Source of the DNA: an uncultured Chloroflexia bacterium | GTDB taxonomy: Bacteria > Chloroflexota > UBA6077 > JACCZL01 | Reading direction: 5' to 3' | DNA: 64,000 nucleotides | Assembly (NCBI GenBank): GCA_963765765.1 | Contig: CAVXYC010000015.1 | Coordinates: 512,001 to 576,000 of the forward strand | The notes under the pieces: model-generated | What the model was told of the DNA's origin: nothing | Databases searched by the model: none | Seen by the model: the letters and a program-made list of their open reading frames with translations, nothing else | Shown: positions 1 through 10,114 of the stretch, piece after piece | How the letters are laid out: each line of letters begins with the position of its first letter | How positions within the stretch are numbered: the first letter of the stretch is position 1 | Translations under genes and position numbers: made by a program

Positions 1-2
1 AG

Positions 3-653
3 CATCATCAGGCCGATACCCAGGGCCACGAGCCCGGCTTCCTCTTCGATCGGCAGTGCGATCAGTCCGAGGACGCAGGCGGCAGCGGGACGCGATCGGA
101 GCGCGAAATACGCCGCGAAACCGAGCGGAAGCGCCGTGAAGACAACCGGATAGAACGCGTCCAGAGCGACTTCCGTGAGCGTTGGCATTGCGAAGTAGCA
201 GGTTGTGAGCAACGCGGCCCAACCCGAGCCGAGTCGATGCCGTGCCCACAGAAACACTGGGATTCCCGTCAATGTCAGGACCGCCTGCTGAACGACGAGT
301 AGCAGACGCGGATCTGGAATGGCTCGGTAAAGTGGAGCTACAAGTGCGATGAGTCCGGCCAGGTGCTCTGCAACGTGAAGCCGATTGTGCTCTAGGAGCG
401 TAGTGGCAAATGGGTGCGCGTTGGCCGTGTTCCAGATGACCTGAAGGTAGACCGCCAGGTCGCGGGACGTTGAGTTGTATGTGTCGTACTCGGCAACGGC
501 GATCCAGGAGATCAACAGCCAGTAGCCGAGCCCCACGACGGCCGTGAGGATCATCCACACGCGGGCGCTGACTTGAAGACGAGCGCGAGGCGCTTCATGA
601 AGTGGGGAAGTTGAGAGAGTCAAAGGCGGTGGAGGCTCGCGCAATTCTGACAT
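3..653 (-). CDS. DUF2079-family membrane protein (GT-C-like), runs off the window start
   Basis: Manual minus-strand translation: N-terminal TM, then DLAVYLQVIWNTANAHPF, HVAEH, LVAPLY, DPRLLLVVQQ, AFYP and IEEEAG, the typical DUF2079 pattern. Confidence 0.72.
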   Translation of the reverse strand, partial: MSELREPPPPLTLSTSPLHEAPRARLQVSARVWMILTAVVGLGYWLLISWIAVAEYDTYNSTSRDLAVYLQVIWNTANAHPFATTLLEHNRLHVAEHLAGLIALVAPLYRAIPDPRLLLVVQQAVLTLTGIPVFLWARHRLGSGWAALLTTCYFAMPTLTEVALDAFYPVVFTALPLGFAAYFALRSRPAAACVLGLIALPIEEEAGLVALGIGLMM

Positions 654-717
654 ACGCGAGGCGAAGCTCAGCCAATTATGGCCTGATAGTCGTCACGCTG
701 GCAGCCTCGGTCGCACA

Positions 718-816
718 GCGCTTTGGAGTGCGTGCGTGAAGCGCCGCTTTCCGGGACTCACATTCTGAGACCGGGATATCGACAAAGCGGCGCTTCGCGC
801 ACGCACTCCAAAGCGC
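718..816. repeat. REP-like inverted repeat pair (33-bp arms, 1 mismatch)
   Basis: gcgctttggagtgcgtgcgtgaagcgccgcttt (718-750) vs aaagcggcgcttcgcgcacgcactccaaagcgc (784-816), intergenic. Confidence 0.8.
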
Positions 817-831
817 CCCGCCGGGATTACT

Positions 832-871
832 AGAAAACAGGCGGTCCGGATCCGGACCGCCTGTTTTCTTT
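832..871. terminator. Intrinsic terminator, probably bidirectional (perfect 38-bp palindrome)
   Basis: agaaaacaggcggtccgga/tccggaccgcctgttttct, about 20 nt past the stop of the 892-2172 gene. Confidence 0.8.
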
Positions 872-891
872 GGCTGTGCGTTTCGCCTTGA

Positions 892-2172
892 CTAGAAACC
901 CGGGAGCTCGTAGTCCGAATCGTAGTCCGCAGGCAGGGCGATCTGGTGCGAGAGCTTGATCTCCTCACGTCGCTTCGCGGACTCCATGACGGCGAGACAG
1001 ACTTCTAGCGTGGCCAGGCCCCAGCGGCCGTCGTGCCACAGTGGCTTGCCCAGGACGACCGAGTCGTACAGCTCCTCCAGCTCGGCACGTCGACCGGCAA
1101 CACCCATGGCACGCTCAGGCGTGGTGTTGATGTCGTGCTGGCCTTCGTCATCGTACACGTAGATTCCATGTGGAGAATGGCGGATATCACCGCGCTCGCA
1201 TGTGGCTAGCAGAAAGCCCATGTCCTCGGGAATCCACGGCTCGGGCTCGCGGGCGCGGAAGACCTCACGCTCCATTTCGCCGCCAATGCGCAGGTCTTGC
1301 TTATCTGAGGCCTCGTCGCGGGTGCCGGCGCGCATCTGCTTGCGGATCTCGACTCGCTGCTCGGCTGTATAGCGCTGCTTTGAGCCGCCCCACGGAACGA
1401 GCTCACCGCCCATGAAGTAGCCGTAGCCGTTATGCGTGATCATGGCGGGGAGACCGTTCTCGAACTCCATATACGCCGTATAGAAGCCCGGGATCGGGCG
1501 CATGTCCTTGAACCAGTCGCCGGTCATGCCGCGTACGCTTCGTAGCATGCCGCCGCCAAGGACTCGCACCGTATCGATCTGATGGGGGCCCTGGCGATAC
1601 GGGATACCACCGCCCTGAGTGATATCAAGCTCGTCTGCCGTTCGAGGCCGGAGCATCCAGTCTGAGTAGGCCAGGAGCTGGATGTACTTCAGATCGCCCA
1701 GCTTGCCCGACTGCACAACACGGCGCATCGCGCGGACCGGAAGAGTGAAGCTTCGCGTATGGCCGGCGAGTAGCTTGACGCCGTTCTTCTCCGCCGCTTC
1801 GCACATGGCTTCGGCTTCCTCGATGGAGACGGCCATGGGCTTTTCAACCACAATGTGCTTACCGTGGTTTGCGGCTAGAATGGTGTGCTCGGCGTGGAAT
1901 CGGTTAGGGGACGAGATCCAGACGGCTTCGAGGTCGGGGTCCTTGCACATCGCCTCGGCGCTGTCATAGACGCGCGCGTCGGGGTAGCGCTCCTTGAAGC
2001 GCTCGCGGGTGGTGGGGACGACATCCGCACCCGCAAAGAGATCAATCTCCTCCATTGCTTCCATAGCAGGAAGCATTTCAGCACCACCCACGCCGATGCC
2101 GATCATTCCAATCTTCAGTGTGCGCTTGGCGGTTGCTGAGCTACTGCTGCCACTGCTGTCCGTCGTTGTCAC
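892..2172 (-). CDS. Gfo/Idh/MocA oxidoreductase, phthalate 4,5-cis-dihydrodiol dehydrogenase-like
   Basis: GMIGIGVGG Rossmann motif, EKPMA, GHTRSF, RPRTADELD..GGG..YRQGPHQID, HDGRWGLATLEVC; lies downstream of a Rieske oxygenase. Confidence 0.85.
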   Translation of the reverse strand: MTTTDSSGSSSSATAKRTLKIGMIGIGVGGAEMLPAMEAMEEIDLFAGADVVPTTRERFKERYPDARVYDSAEAMCKDPDLEAVWISSPNRFHAEHTILAANHGKHIVVEKPMAVSIEEAEAMCEAAEKNGVKLLAGHTRSFTLPVRAMRRVVQSGKLGDLKYIQLLAYSDWMLRPRTADELDITQGGGIPYRQGPHQIDTVRVLGGGMLRSVRGMTGDWFKDMRPIPGFYTAYMEFENGLPAMITHNGYGYFMGGELVPWGGSKQRYTAEQRVEIRKQMRAGTRDEASDKQDLRIGGEMEREVFRAREPEPWIPEDMGFLLATCERGDIRHSPHGIYVYDDEGQHDINTTPERAMGVAGRRAELEELYDSVVLGKPLWHDGRWGLATLEVCLAVMESAKRREEIKLSHQIALPADYDSDYELPGF

Positions 2173-2279
2173 AGCTTGCGCCTCCTTTGGTTCTAGCGGA
2201 GGTAACTGTGCCCCGTTCGGTCGGGCAGAGTCAAGCGACGCATAGATAAACAGCCTGTCTGATCGGGGTTATCGCGGGA

Positions 2280-3590
2280 TCACGTACGAGACGGGGCCCC
2301 GGAATTGGTGTCGCGGGCTTCGGACGTCGCTCCAAACCAGTGCTTGTCCTCTGGCAGGATGATGGAAGCGGATCGCACGCGGTAGAGCGTCGGGTTGTCC
2401 ACGCTCTCCGGCACAATGCCGTGCTCGTGCAAGTCTCTGCACGCCTTGAGCAGCATTCGACGAACGAAAATCACCATGAGATCCGATGTCCCAAGATGCT
2501 CCTTGGTGCGATCGTAGATTCGCCCCATGCTCTCGGTCATGGCTACGTCCTGCAAGTTTCCGGCGAAGGGAATTCCGCTGAACATCTTGGATTTCTCTAG
2601 CTCGTAGTCGCGAAGGTAATCGTTTCGCGCGTTCGCAGCGAGGCGATATCGGCTGAGCGCATCGCCGGTCTGGGGCAGATAGCCAACGGACTTGAAGGAG
2701 ACGCCGAACTCATTCTGCGGATTCTCTGGCTGTGGTCCGGTAAGGCTGAAGGGTAGGCCGGTCAGAATGGTGTTGTGATCGTCCAGCGGCACCCACGCTC
2801 GCGCGGAATGGATATTGGGGCTGCTTGCCGCGATCATCGTGTAGAAGGGCATCATGAACTGGCTGATGCGGTACCAGTAATTGCCTTGTTCGTCCCATTT
2901 CCGCTTGGCCGCGTAGACGGCGCCATACGGCGTTCCCACTACTTCCAGCTTGGGAGCTCGGTCCAGGCTTTTGAAGCCACGCAAGCCGCCACTACGGAAA
3001 TCGCGATCAACGTCATCCGTAATCCGAGCATGAAGGTAATCGATATGTGACGAGTCGATGTCGCCTTCAACGCCCTGAACCCAGTTGTTCTCCTCGTGCA
3101 TCATGCTCGGCGGGAACACTTCGTTCGCCGGCATGGTGTTGAACTCGAGCTCCGGCAATGGCGGAGGCACAGTTCGAGGGCCCATGTACGCCCAAATCAT
3201 GCCGTTCACATCGCGGCATGGATAGGCACCGACCTTGACCTTGTGCTTGAAGTTCGACTCCGGCGGCTCATTGGGCATGTCTACGCACGTACCTGATGCG
3301 TCGAACTTCCAGCCGTGGTAGACGCACCGCAATCCGTTTTCCTCGTTGCGTCCGAAGAAGAGCGAAGCGCCACGATGGGGGCAATTCTCCGTCACCATGC
3401 CAACCTGGCCGGATGTGTCACGAAATGCAACGAGGTCCTCACCGAGCAGCCGCACGCGTTTGGGAGGGCAATCCGGCGAGGGCAACTCGAGCGACGGCAA
3501 TCCGGGTATCCAATACTGCCGGAGCAGGTTGCCCATCGGCGTGCCGGGGCCTATGTGGGTGAGCAGCTCATTCTCGGCTGGCGAAAGCAT
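2280..3590 (-). CDS. Rieske non-heme iron oxygenase alpha subunit, phthalate 4,5-dioxygenase/LigX-like
   Basis: CPHRGASL...CVYHGWKF Rieske motif, EGDIDSSHIDYLH iron site, QDVAMTESMG and EHLGTSD; extreme C-terminus may be frameshifted. Confidence 0.9.
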   Translation of the reverse strand: MLSPAENELLTHIGPGTPMGNLLRQYWIPGLPSLELPSPDCPPKRVRLLGEDLVAFRDTSGQVGMVTENCPHRGASLFFGRNEENGLRCVYHGWKFDASGTCVDMPNEPPESNFKHKVKVGAYPCRDVNGMIWAYMGPRTVPPPLPELEFNTMPANEVFPPSMMHEENNWVQGVEGDIDSSHIDYLHARITDDVDRDFRSGGLRGFKSLDRAPKLEVVGTPYGAVYAAKRKWDEQGNYWYRISQFMMPFYTMIAASSPNIHSARAWVPLDDHNTILTGLPFSLTGPQPENPQNEFGVSFKSVGYLPQTGDALSRYRLAANARNDYLRDYELEKSKMFSGIPFAGNLQDVAMTESMGRIYDRTKEHLGTSDLMVIFVRRMLLKACRDLHEHGIVPESVDNPTLYRVRSASIILPEDKHWFGATSEARDTNSGAPSRT

Positions 3591-3742
3591 CGCGAACTCC
3601 TCAAGCGAGGTATACGTCGAGTCTCCCAGGCGCTGGACACGCTGTCAAGGGATGTTTTCCACGCCGAAGGCCGCGCTCCTGCTTCGGGGCGCACGGCTAC
3701 AATGATCCGCACTACATCGACTGAAGAAGCGGAGCCATCATC

Positions 3743-4606
3743 ATGCAGCTTGGCGTCGTGTTTCCCCAAACCGAGATTGGCGAGGATCCTGCAGGCGTGG
3801 CCGCCTATGCCAAAGCCGCGCAAGACCTCGGTTATCAGCACTTGTTGGCCTACGACCACGTGGTGGGGGCGGACACCTCCGTACGCCCCGACTGGTCAGG
3901 ACCGTACAACGCTGAATCTCTCTTTCATGAGCCTTTCGTGCTTTTTGGCTACCTGGCCGGCCTCGTGCCCGGTATGGAGCTGGTCACTGGAGTCATCATT
4001 CTCCCGCAGCGACAAACTGTGCTCGCGGCGAAGCAGGCTGCGGAGGTCGACGTGCTGACTGGAGGACGCCTTCGGCTTGGAATCGGCATTGGCTGGAATG
4101 ACGTTGAATACGAAGCTCTGGGAATGGATTTCAAGAAGCGAGGCCGCAAGTTCGATGAGCAGATCGGCCTGCTGCGTCGTCTCTGGACCGAACCAGTCGT
4201 GACGGCGGAGGGACAGTTCGACCGAATCAGCGCGGCCGGCATCAACCCTCTGCCGGTTCAGCGTCCAATCCCGCTCTGGATCGGAGCGTCTGCCGAAGCA
4301 GCTCTCAAGCGCGCTGCTACCCTGGGTGACGGTTTCTTTCCTCAACGACCGCTGGAAGGTGGCTGGGGACCGACGCTGGAGCATATGCGCGTCTGGCGAG
4401 AGGAATCGGGCAAAAGCTGGGAAGGGTTTGGCATCGAGGCGCGCGTTGATGGGCGGAGCGGCACGCCCGACGATTGGCACAAGGCAGCTCAGGAATGGAA
4501 GGCGCTTGGCGCCACGCACATCTCGGTGACGACCACGAGAGCCGGGCTCTATGGGCCTAATGCGCACATCGGCCGAATCCGAGAGATGTGGGAAGCACTC
4601 AGTTGA
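3743..4606 (+). CDS. LLM-class (probably F420-dependent) oxidoreductase, Rv2161c-like
   Basis: GVVFPQTEIG, YDHVVG, FHEPFVLFGYLAG, GRLRLGIGIGWNDVEYEALG. Confidence 0.88.
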   Translation: MQLGVVFPQTEIGEDPAGVAAYAKAAQDLGYQHLLAYDHVVGADTSVRPDWSGPYNAESLFHEPFVLFGYLAGLVPGMELVTGVIILPQRQTVLAAKQAAEVDVLTGGRLRLGIGIGWNDVEYEALGMDFKKRGRKFDEQIGLLRRLWTEPVVTAEGQFDRISAAGINPLPVQRPIPLWIGASAEAALKRAATLGDGFFPQRPLEGGWGPTLEHMRVWREESGKSWEGFGIEARVDGRSGTPDDWHKAAQEWKALGATHISVTTTRAGLYGPNAHIGRIREMWEALS

Positions 4607-4633
4607 TGGCAAGGTGGGAGGCCCGTCCCACCA

Positions 4634-5167
4634 CTAATGCGACACTATTCCGCTGGCCGTGAAGGCAACGATGAGAAATTTGGCAGTCTTGCCGACGAAA
4701 CAGGCAAGACAAAATCTCCATGGTGCGTAGCCGAGAGCCCCGGCAATCGCTCCCACGGCATCGAATGCAGGGTTGGGGATGAATGCCGCCACGGTTACGG
4801 TTGCGAATCCGTGGCGGCTCATCCACGCTTGTGTCGCCTTGACCCAACGATTGTCAGGTACGAGCTGACGACCGCTTCGGCCTAGCACGTAACCGGCCAG
4901 CTCACCGATGGCAGCTGCGATTCCCGCGACGATGGCCACAGTCACCGGGTCCAGGATCGTTGCCGCCCGAGCGATGACCGCGAGATACGGGACCGGCAGC
5001 ACGAGCGCGCCGGTGGTCACGAGCGTGACGACGAAGACACCCAGATAACCTTCGTTGCCCATCAATTCCACATCAATGGGGATTAGAAGGCAGGCAATGC
5101 TGAGTCCGACAACCACGATGACTGCGACAAGGCTAGTGAGCTTTTGACGAGTCATTGAGTCGATCAT
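4634..5167 (-). CDS. VTT/DedA (SNARE-associated) family membrane protein
   Basis: LVLPVPY, AAAIGELAGYVLGR, FIPNPAFDAVGAIAG, GKTAKF; hydrophobic; start codon uncertain. Confidence 0.8.
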   Translation of the reverse strand: MIDSMTRQKLTSLVAVIVVVGLSIACLLIPIDVELMGNEGYLGVFVVTLVTTGALVLPVPYLAVIARAATILDPVTVAIVAGIAAAIGELAGYVLGRSGRQLVPDNRWVKATQAWMSRHGFATVTVAAFIPNPAFDAVGAIAGALGYAPWRFCLACFVGKTAKFLIVAFTASGIVSH

Positions 5168-5311
5168 GCCAGGCAACGCAGTCTGGCGGCGGATTATAGG
5201 GAGAGCGTTTTGCCCGGGCAATGGATTCATCTTCGGCGGTCGGGAATTACTCGCCTAATGGGCTTCAACGCGCGCAACCGCGGAATTGGCACGATGAACT
5301 GCGCCTCCGAT

Positions 5312-6550
5312 TCACGCGAGAAAGCTCATCGGCGCAAACTCTCCACCCAGCACATCTGCCGATGGACTGCCGAGCCAGCGCTCAAGAACGGTTGCGTAGA
5401 CGCAGCGGAAGTCTGTGTGGAATCGGAGATCGCCTGTCTCGTCCAAATCGGTCAGATTTGGATGGTCTCCATAGACGCCACCCCGCACACCGCCTCCGAT
5501 CACAAACAGCGGCGCGGCAGTGCCATGATCCGTTCCCGCGCTGCCGTTCTGCTGAGCGCGACGCCCGAACTCTGAAAACGTCATGATGACCGCATCGTCG
5601 GCGCGACCCATCCGCTCCAGATCACGGTGGAAGGCGGATATGCCTTGCCCCAGGGAATTCATAAGGCCGGCGTGAGTGTTCGCTTGCGCCGCGTGGGTGT
5701 CGAAACCCCCGAGAGATGTGAAAAATACACGCGTGCCCATGTCCGCGGACATGATCTGGGCGACGTTCTTCAAGCTATTCGCGAACGGGGACTGCGGATA
5801 TTCAACCGCAGCCTCGTGGGTCGATGCAATGGACTTAAGCATATCGGCGCCAGCCAGCGCCTTGAGCGTGGTCTGTCGGATCAGATCCTCATACGGTCGC
5901 CATGCGCCGGCCATCGAATAGATGTTGGTCAGGGTCTGTATTTGAGCTGAGCGATCGCGATTGAATCGTGGGTCCGTCTGATATTGAAACGTCGCCAGAC
6001 TCCCGATAGCTGGAACCAGCGACATATCGGTCCAGAACGAGCGATTCAGTACGTCACCACTGTTGATAGCGGTCAGTGGGTTCTCCCGGCCGCAGCCGCA
6101 GTAATCCAGATAGCGACCAAGCCAGCCGCTACGTTCGAACCGCTCCGGCGTGGCGGTCTGCCAGATCTCCATCGATCGGAAATGCGAGCGATTGGGATTC
6201 GGATATCCAACTCCCTGGATCACCGCCATGTTGCCGTTGTCGAACAGTTGCTTGAGGGAACTTAGCCCCGGATGAAGACCGACTGTGTCATTCAGCTTCA
6301 GCACGTCGCCCGAGGCAACACCAACCTGTGGCCGAAGCTGACTGTAGAGCGGATCGCTGAAGGGTATGACCGTATTCAGTCCATCGTTTCCGCCTGAAAG
6401 CTGGACCATGATGAGCGTGCGCTTTTCGAGTGACGGCTTCGCCGTTGCCTGGACATGGGGCACTGTCCTGGTCAGGAAGCTGGGAGCCGCGAGGCCCATG
6501 GCTACGAGCAGTGTTCCGTTGCGGAGGAATTCACGTCGTGACGTATTCAT
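5312..6550 (-). CDS. DUF1501 protein with Tat signal
   Basis: SRREFL signal; QLSGGNDGLNTVIP, NRSHFRSMEIWQ, GGFDTH, FSEFGRR, GTDHG; GGAGGA RBS. Confidence 0.9.
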   Translation of the reverse strand: MNTSRREFLRNGTLLVAMGLAAPSFLTRTVPHVQATAKPSLEKRTLIMVQLSGGNDGLNTVIPFSDPLYSQLRPQVGVASGDVLKLNDTVGLHPGLSSLKQLFDNGNMAVIQGVGYPNPNRSHFRSMEIWQTATPERFERSGWLGRYLDYCGCGRENPLTAINSGDVLNRSFWTDMSLVPAIGSLATFQYQTDPRFNRDRSAQIQTLTNIYSMAGAWRPYEDLIRQTTLKALAGADMLKSIASTHEAAVEYPQSPFANSLKNVAQIMSADMGTRVFFTSLGGFDTHAAQANTHAGLMNSLGQGISAFHRDLERMGRADDAVIMTFSEFGRRAQQNGSAGTDHGTAAPLFVIGGGVRGGVYGDHPNLTDLDETGDLRFHTDFRCVYATVLERWLGSPSADVLGGEFAPMSFLA

Positions 6551-6567
6551 AGAATTGTCTCCTCCGC

Positions 6568-7893
6568 TCAATTCATCTGATAGACGGGCAGCGACATGAT
6601 CAGGTGGAGCAGTCCACGCACCTTCTCATCCAGAGCGTCTGGCGACAATTGTTCCGTGGCGCCTGGGCCCGTGCGCACGTACTGCACCAGCTCCGCACGT
6701 ATTTCGGGGGCTACGTCGCCATCCACCAGAAGTGCCAAACAATGGTCCACGAGCCCCTCGATCCCCGCCGACGCTCCGGCAATGATCCGCGCGGGATCGA
6801 TGCTGGTTCGTGTGGGATCGTTTCGCGCGGAGACCATGCGGCTTGCCATGTTGAATCTCTCGAGCAAGGTGGATGTGCTGATCCAACTTCGTCCGCCGTC
6901 CCAGCCTTTTACGTTTGGCGGATTGAACAGCTCCTGTCCCATCCGCCGCATGCTGGGCAGAATGTCTTGCCAGGCAGTCTCAGCCTTAAGCTGCTTCATC
7001 GCCCCGATCACGAGCTCCGCGGGACTTTTCACCGTGGCGTGAAAGGCTTGGTCTGAGCGGAACTCCGGCGATAGCAAAATCGCCTCGATCACCGGACGAA
7101 CCTGATAGTTGTTCGACCGATAGATTTCAGCGAGTCGATCGATTTCCTCGGGCGAGGGTTGGTCGTCAACGAAGAAGCGGAAAAGGCGCGAGGCAAGCCG
7201 CTTCGCCGTAGCAGGATTTGCCGCGAGCGCATCCAGCACGTCTGCTCCGTCCAGAGCTCCGACCTGGCCAAGAAATTGTTTGACACCGAAGTCGTGCGCG
7301 CCGGGACGAAATGTGAAAGCCATGACGGCGGGGTCAACGTGCCAGCCCGTAAACGCACGGGCGGCCACTTTCACGTCGTCTTCGCTGTAGTTGCCGATCC
7401 CCAGCGTGAAGAACTCCATGAGCTCACGTGCAAAGTTCTCATTGGGTGCGCCCTTCCGATTCTGATTCCCGTCCAACCAGCGCAGCATTGCCGGGTCACG
7501 GGCAATGGCCTGAACAAGACTTCGAAAGCTCCCCAGCGCGTGGTTTCGGAAGGTGTCATTCTGCCACTGCATTACCAGAGGGTCGCGCACCTTGCTGATG
7601 GCGGTGGCAAAGTGGCCGTGCCAGAACAGCGTCATCTTTTCTTGCAGCGGCCGACGCGTATGGAGCATTCGAAAAAGCCAGGCCATCTGAATGCCACCCG
7701 GTGCGGAGATGTCGATACTCTGCTGAGCTAATCGATCATCCACATCGTCTGGCACGCGCTCCGGATTAAGGAGCGTGTCCACGGCGCGTTCAAAGCCCAT
7801 GGCAGAGTACTGGTGAATCTCCTCTGCCGTTGCGCCAAAGCCTGTTCTGCGAAGCAGATGGGTGGTGAGCAGCCGCGGCTCGTCTAATCCCAT
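6568..7893 (-). CDS. DUF1800 protein
   Basis: HLLRRTGFG, LQEKMTLFWHGHFAT, PNENFARELMEFFTLG, PPNVKGW; usual partner of DUF1501. Confidence 0.9.
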   Translation of the reverse strand: MGLDEPRLLTTHLLRRTGFGATAEEIHQYSAMGFERAVDTLLNPERVPDDVDDRLAQQSIDISAPGGIQMAWLFRMLHTRRPLQEKMTLFWHGHFATAISKVRDPLVMQWQNDTFRNHALGSFRSLVQAIARDPAMLRWLDGNQNRKGAPNENFARELMEFFTLGIGNYSEDDVKVAARAFTGWHVDPAVMAFTFRPGAHDFGVKQFLGQVGALDGADVLDALAANPATAKRLASRLFRFFVDDQPSPEEIDRLAEIYRSNNYQVRPVIEAILLSPEFRSDQAFHATVKSPAELVIGAMKQLKAETAWQDILPSMRRMGQELFNPPNVKGWDGGRSWISTSTLLERFNMASRMVSARNDPTRTSIDPARIIAGASAGIEGLVDHCLALLVDGDVAPEIRAELVQYVRTGPGATEQLSPDALDEKVRGLLHLIMSLPVYQMN

Positions 7894-8134
7894 GAGAGGG
7901 AAACCTCGGTGTGATGTCTCGCTCAGTATCACCACCAGGGGCTAACGGACTTACAAGAGCCTCGTAAACGAAGTGTTAAAGAGCTGCGCCGTGCAGCCTA
8001 TTCAGCTTCGCTCAATTGCGGTGTTAGAGCGCAAACCCGCTGATATACTGGGCCAGTGGAACCAAATTCGAAATTAAGGCGTCTAACCTAGCGAACATCG
8101 AGAATGTGCCTCGGTAGCTTACAAGGAGATCCAT

Positions 8135-8797
8135 ATGTCAATTCTGGATCGCGTCGGCCTCCTGATCCGATCGAACATCAACGACCTGCTCGATCACGCG
8201 GAGGATCCAGAGAAAACGATCAATCAACTCATCATCGATATGAACAACCAGCTTTCGGAAGTTCGCAAGCAGGTGGCTCGTGCCATCGCCGATGAGAATC
8301 AGCTTCACGACAAGTACGAGGATAACCAGGCAAAAGCAAACGACTGGGAAGAGAAGGCCCGATTGGCCGTCTCGAAGAGTCAGGATGATCTCGCGAAAGA
8401 GGCCCTGACCCGTCGCAATAATTTCCAGCAGACCGCGGACGGCTTCCGGGCTCAGTGGCAGGAGCAGAGTGCGCAGGTAGCGCAACTCAGGGGCGCGCTC
8501 GATAGTCTGACGGCAAAGGTCCAGGAAGCTGAGACCAAGCGCGATCTTCTGATTGCGCGCAGCCGGCGCGCGAAGGCCGAGACGAGCATTCGCGAGACCA
8601 TGCAGGGCATCGACCAGACCAGCGCCGTCTCAGACTTTGAGCGCATGGAAGATCGTGTCTCACGCCAGGAGGCCGAGGCCAAGGCGCTTACTCAGCTCGA
8701 GACGGACGACGTGGAGGAGCGCTTCAAGAAGCTCGAATCCGAGTCTGACGTGGATGCTCAGCTTGCCGAGCTCAAGTCCAAGATGGGCCACCAGTAG
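8135..8797 (+). CDS. pspA: PspA/IM30 family protein
   Basis: MSILDRV..IRSNINDLLDHAEDPEKTINQLIIDM, coiled coil, FERMEDRV; AAGGAG RBS. Confidence 0.92.
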   Translation: MSILDRVGLLIRSNINDLLDHAEDPEKTINQLIIDMNNQLSEVRKQVARAIADENQLHDKYEDNQAKANDWEEKARLAVSKSQDDLAKEALTRRNNFQQTADGFRAQWQEQSAQVAQLRGALDSLTAKVQEAETKRDLLIARSRRAKAETSIRETMQGIDQTSAVSDFERMEDRVSRQEAEAKALTQLETDDVEERFKKLESESDVDAQLAELKSKMGHQ

Positions 8798-8825
8798 TCC
8801 GCTACAGGGCTCAATCCTAAAATTA

Positions 8826-8858
8826 GCCGTTCCGCTGACGCGGAGCGGCCTTTCTTTT
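8826..8858 (+). terminator. Rho-independent terminator of pspA
   Basis: gccgttccgc-tgac-gcggagcggc followed by ctttctttt. Confidence 0.75.
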
Positions 8859-8870
8859 CGTCTAGGACTG

Positions 8871-8906
8871 AAACGCGTTGGCGAGGACCGCCGCACTCCA
8901 AGGCGC
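8871..8906. repeat. Solo REP-like unit related to 718-816
   Basis: ggcgaggaccgccgcactccaaggcgc shares the cgcactccaa.gcgc end with the right arm at 802-816. Confidence 0.55.
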
Positions 8907-8922
8907 TTCCGCTGATACTGGG

Positions 8923-10100
8923 TCAGATGTACCGACGATGCCGAGGAATTCGCGCCCCGACGATGCGGCCGCAGCCACTGAAGGTAGGCTATCGGAAGGG
9001 CCATTACCGTCCGAGCTGATGAACCCTGGCGGGAGGAGCTTCTGCCGGTTGGCGATGAGCTCAATGGCCGTACGGCCAATCTCATAGCGATACGGATTGT
9101 CAGATACGCGCTGGAGAGTCAGCATCTGGTCCGTCTCTCCGTCCATCGCCATCTTCACCGCGGCGCGGCCTAACGCTTCGGCCTCCTCAGCGTCCACGGG
9201 GGATCGGAGTGCGATGGACGATCGCTGTAGCCGGCTGAGCGGATCCACTCGTGCGCGGAGTCCTAGCTCACCCTGGATTCTTCGAGCGAGATACATCGCC
9301 GGGCTGGCGAAATATGGGTGGCCGAATGAGTCCACGAATTCGGGACCGGCCTCGCTTCCCAGCACGCCGCCATCAGCGGCGGGCTGATTCTCGCAGAGTA
9401 CGATCACCGCGTAGCCGATGGAGCTGTGCATGTCCTGAATGCGCCGCATGATCTCCTCGGTTGAGAGCGGCGCCTCTGGAAGCAGGACAAGGTGCGGCGC
9501 GTCTTCGGGTGAGCGTCGACCGAGCGCGGATGAAGCGGCGAGCCAACCGGCATCTCGACCCATGACTTCAATGAGGCGGATCGGGTCGGTGCGGCGCATG
9601 GCCGCCGTATCCGTTCCGATCTCCTGCGTCGCCACGGCGACGAAGCGCGCTGCGCTGCCGAATCCGGGGCAGTGATCCATTTCAGGAAGATCGTTGTCAA
9701 TGGTTTTCGGAAGGCCTAGAAAGCGGGTCTCTAGGCCTGCCTCGTGGGCGGCGCGACCGAGTCGATGCGTCGTGTCGGCAGAGTCATTGCCACCTGCATA
9801 AAGGAACGCGTCGACCTCGAGCTCACGGAGGCACTCCAGGACAATTTCCACATCCTGCTCATCGAGCTTGTGGCGGCAGGAGCCGAGCGCTGCCGATGGC
9901 GTGCGGCGTAGTTGATTAACCTGTGCGGGGGTTTCATGAGAAAGATCGACCAGGTCCCGGGCAAGGACACCCTCGATACCATGCCGCATGCCCAGGACAC
10001 GATGGCCTCTGGCGGCCTCAATGACCCCGGCGAGCGTGCAATTGATGACAGCCGTGGGCCCGCCGGATTGCCCGACGAGAACGGTCGGTGTGTGCGGCAC
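8923..10100 (-). CDS. pfkA: 6-phosphofructokinase (PPi-dependent type), indels near the C-terminus
   Basis: GQSGGPTAVIN, GGNDSADT, PKTIDNDL, EVMGRDAGWLAA, DSFGH; likely true C-terminus ...YLQWLRPIVGARIPRHRRYI* after frameshifts. Confidence 0.85.
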
Positions 10101-10114
10101 TCTGGCGGAGTCGC

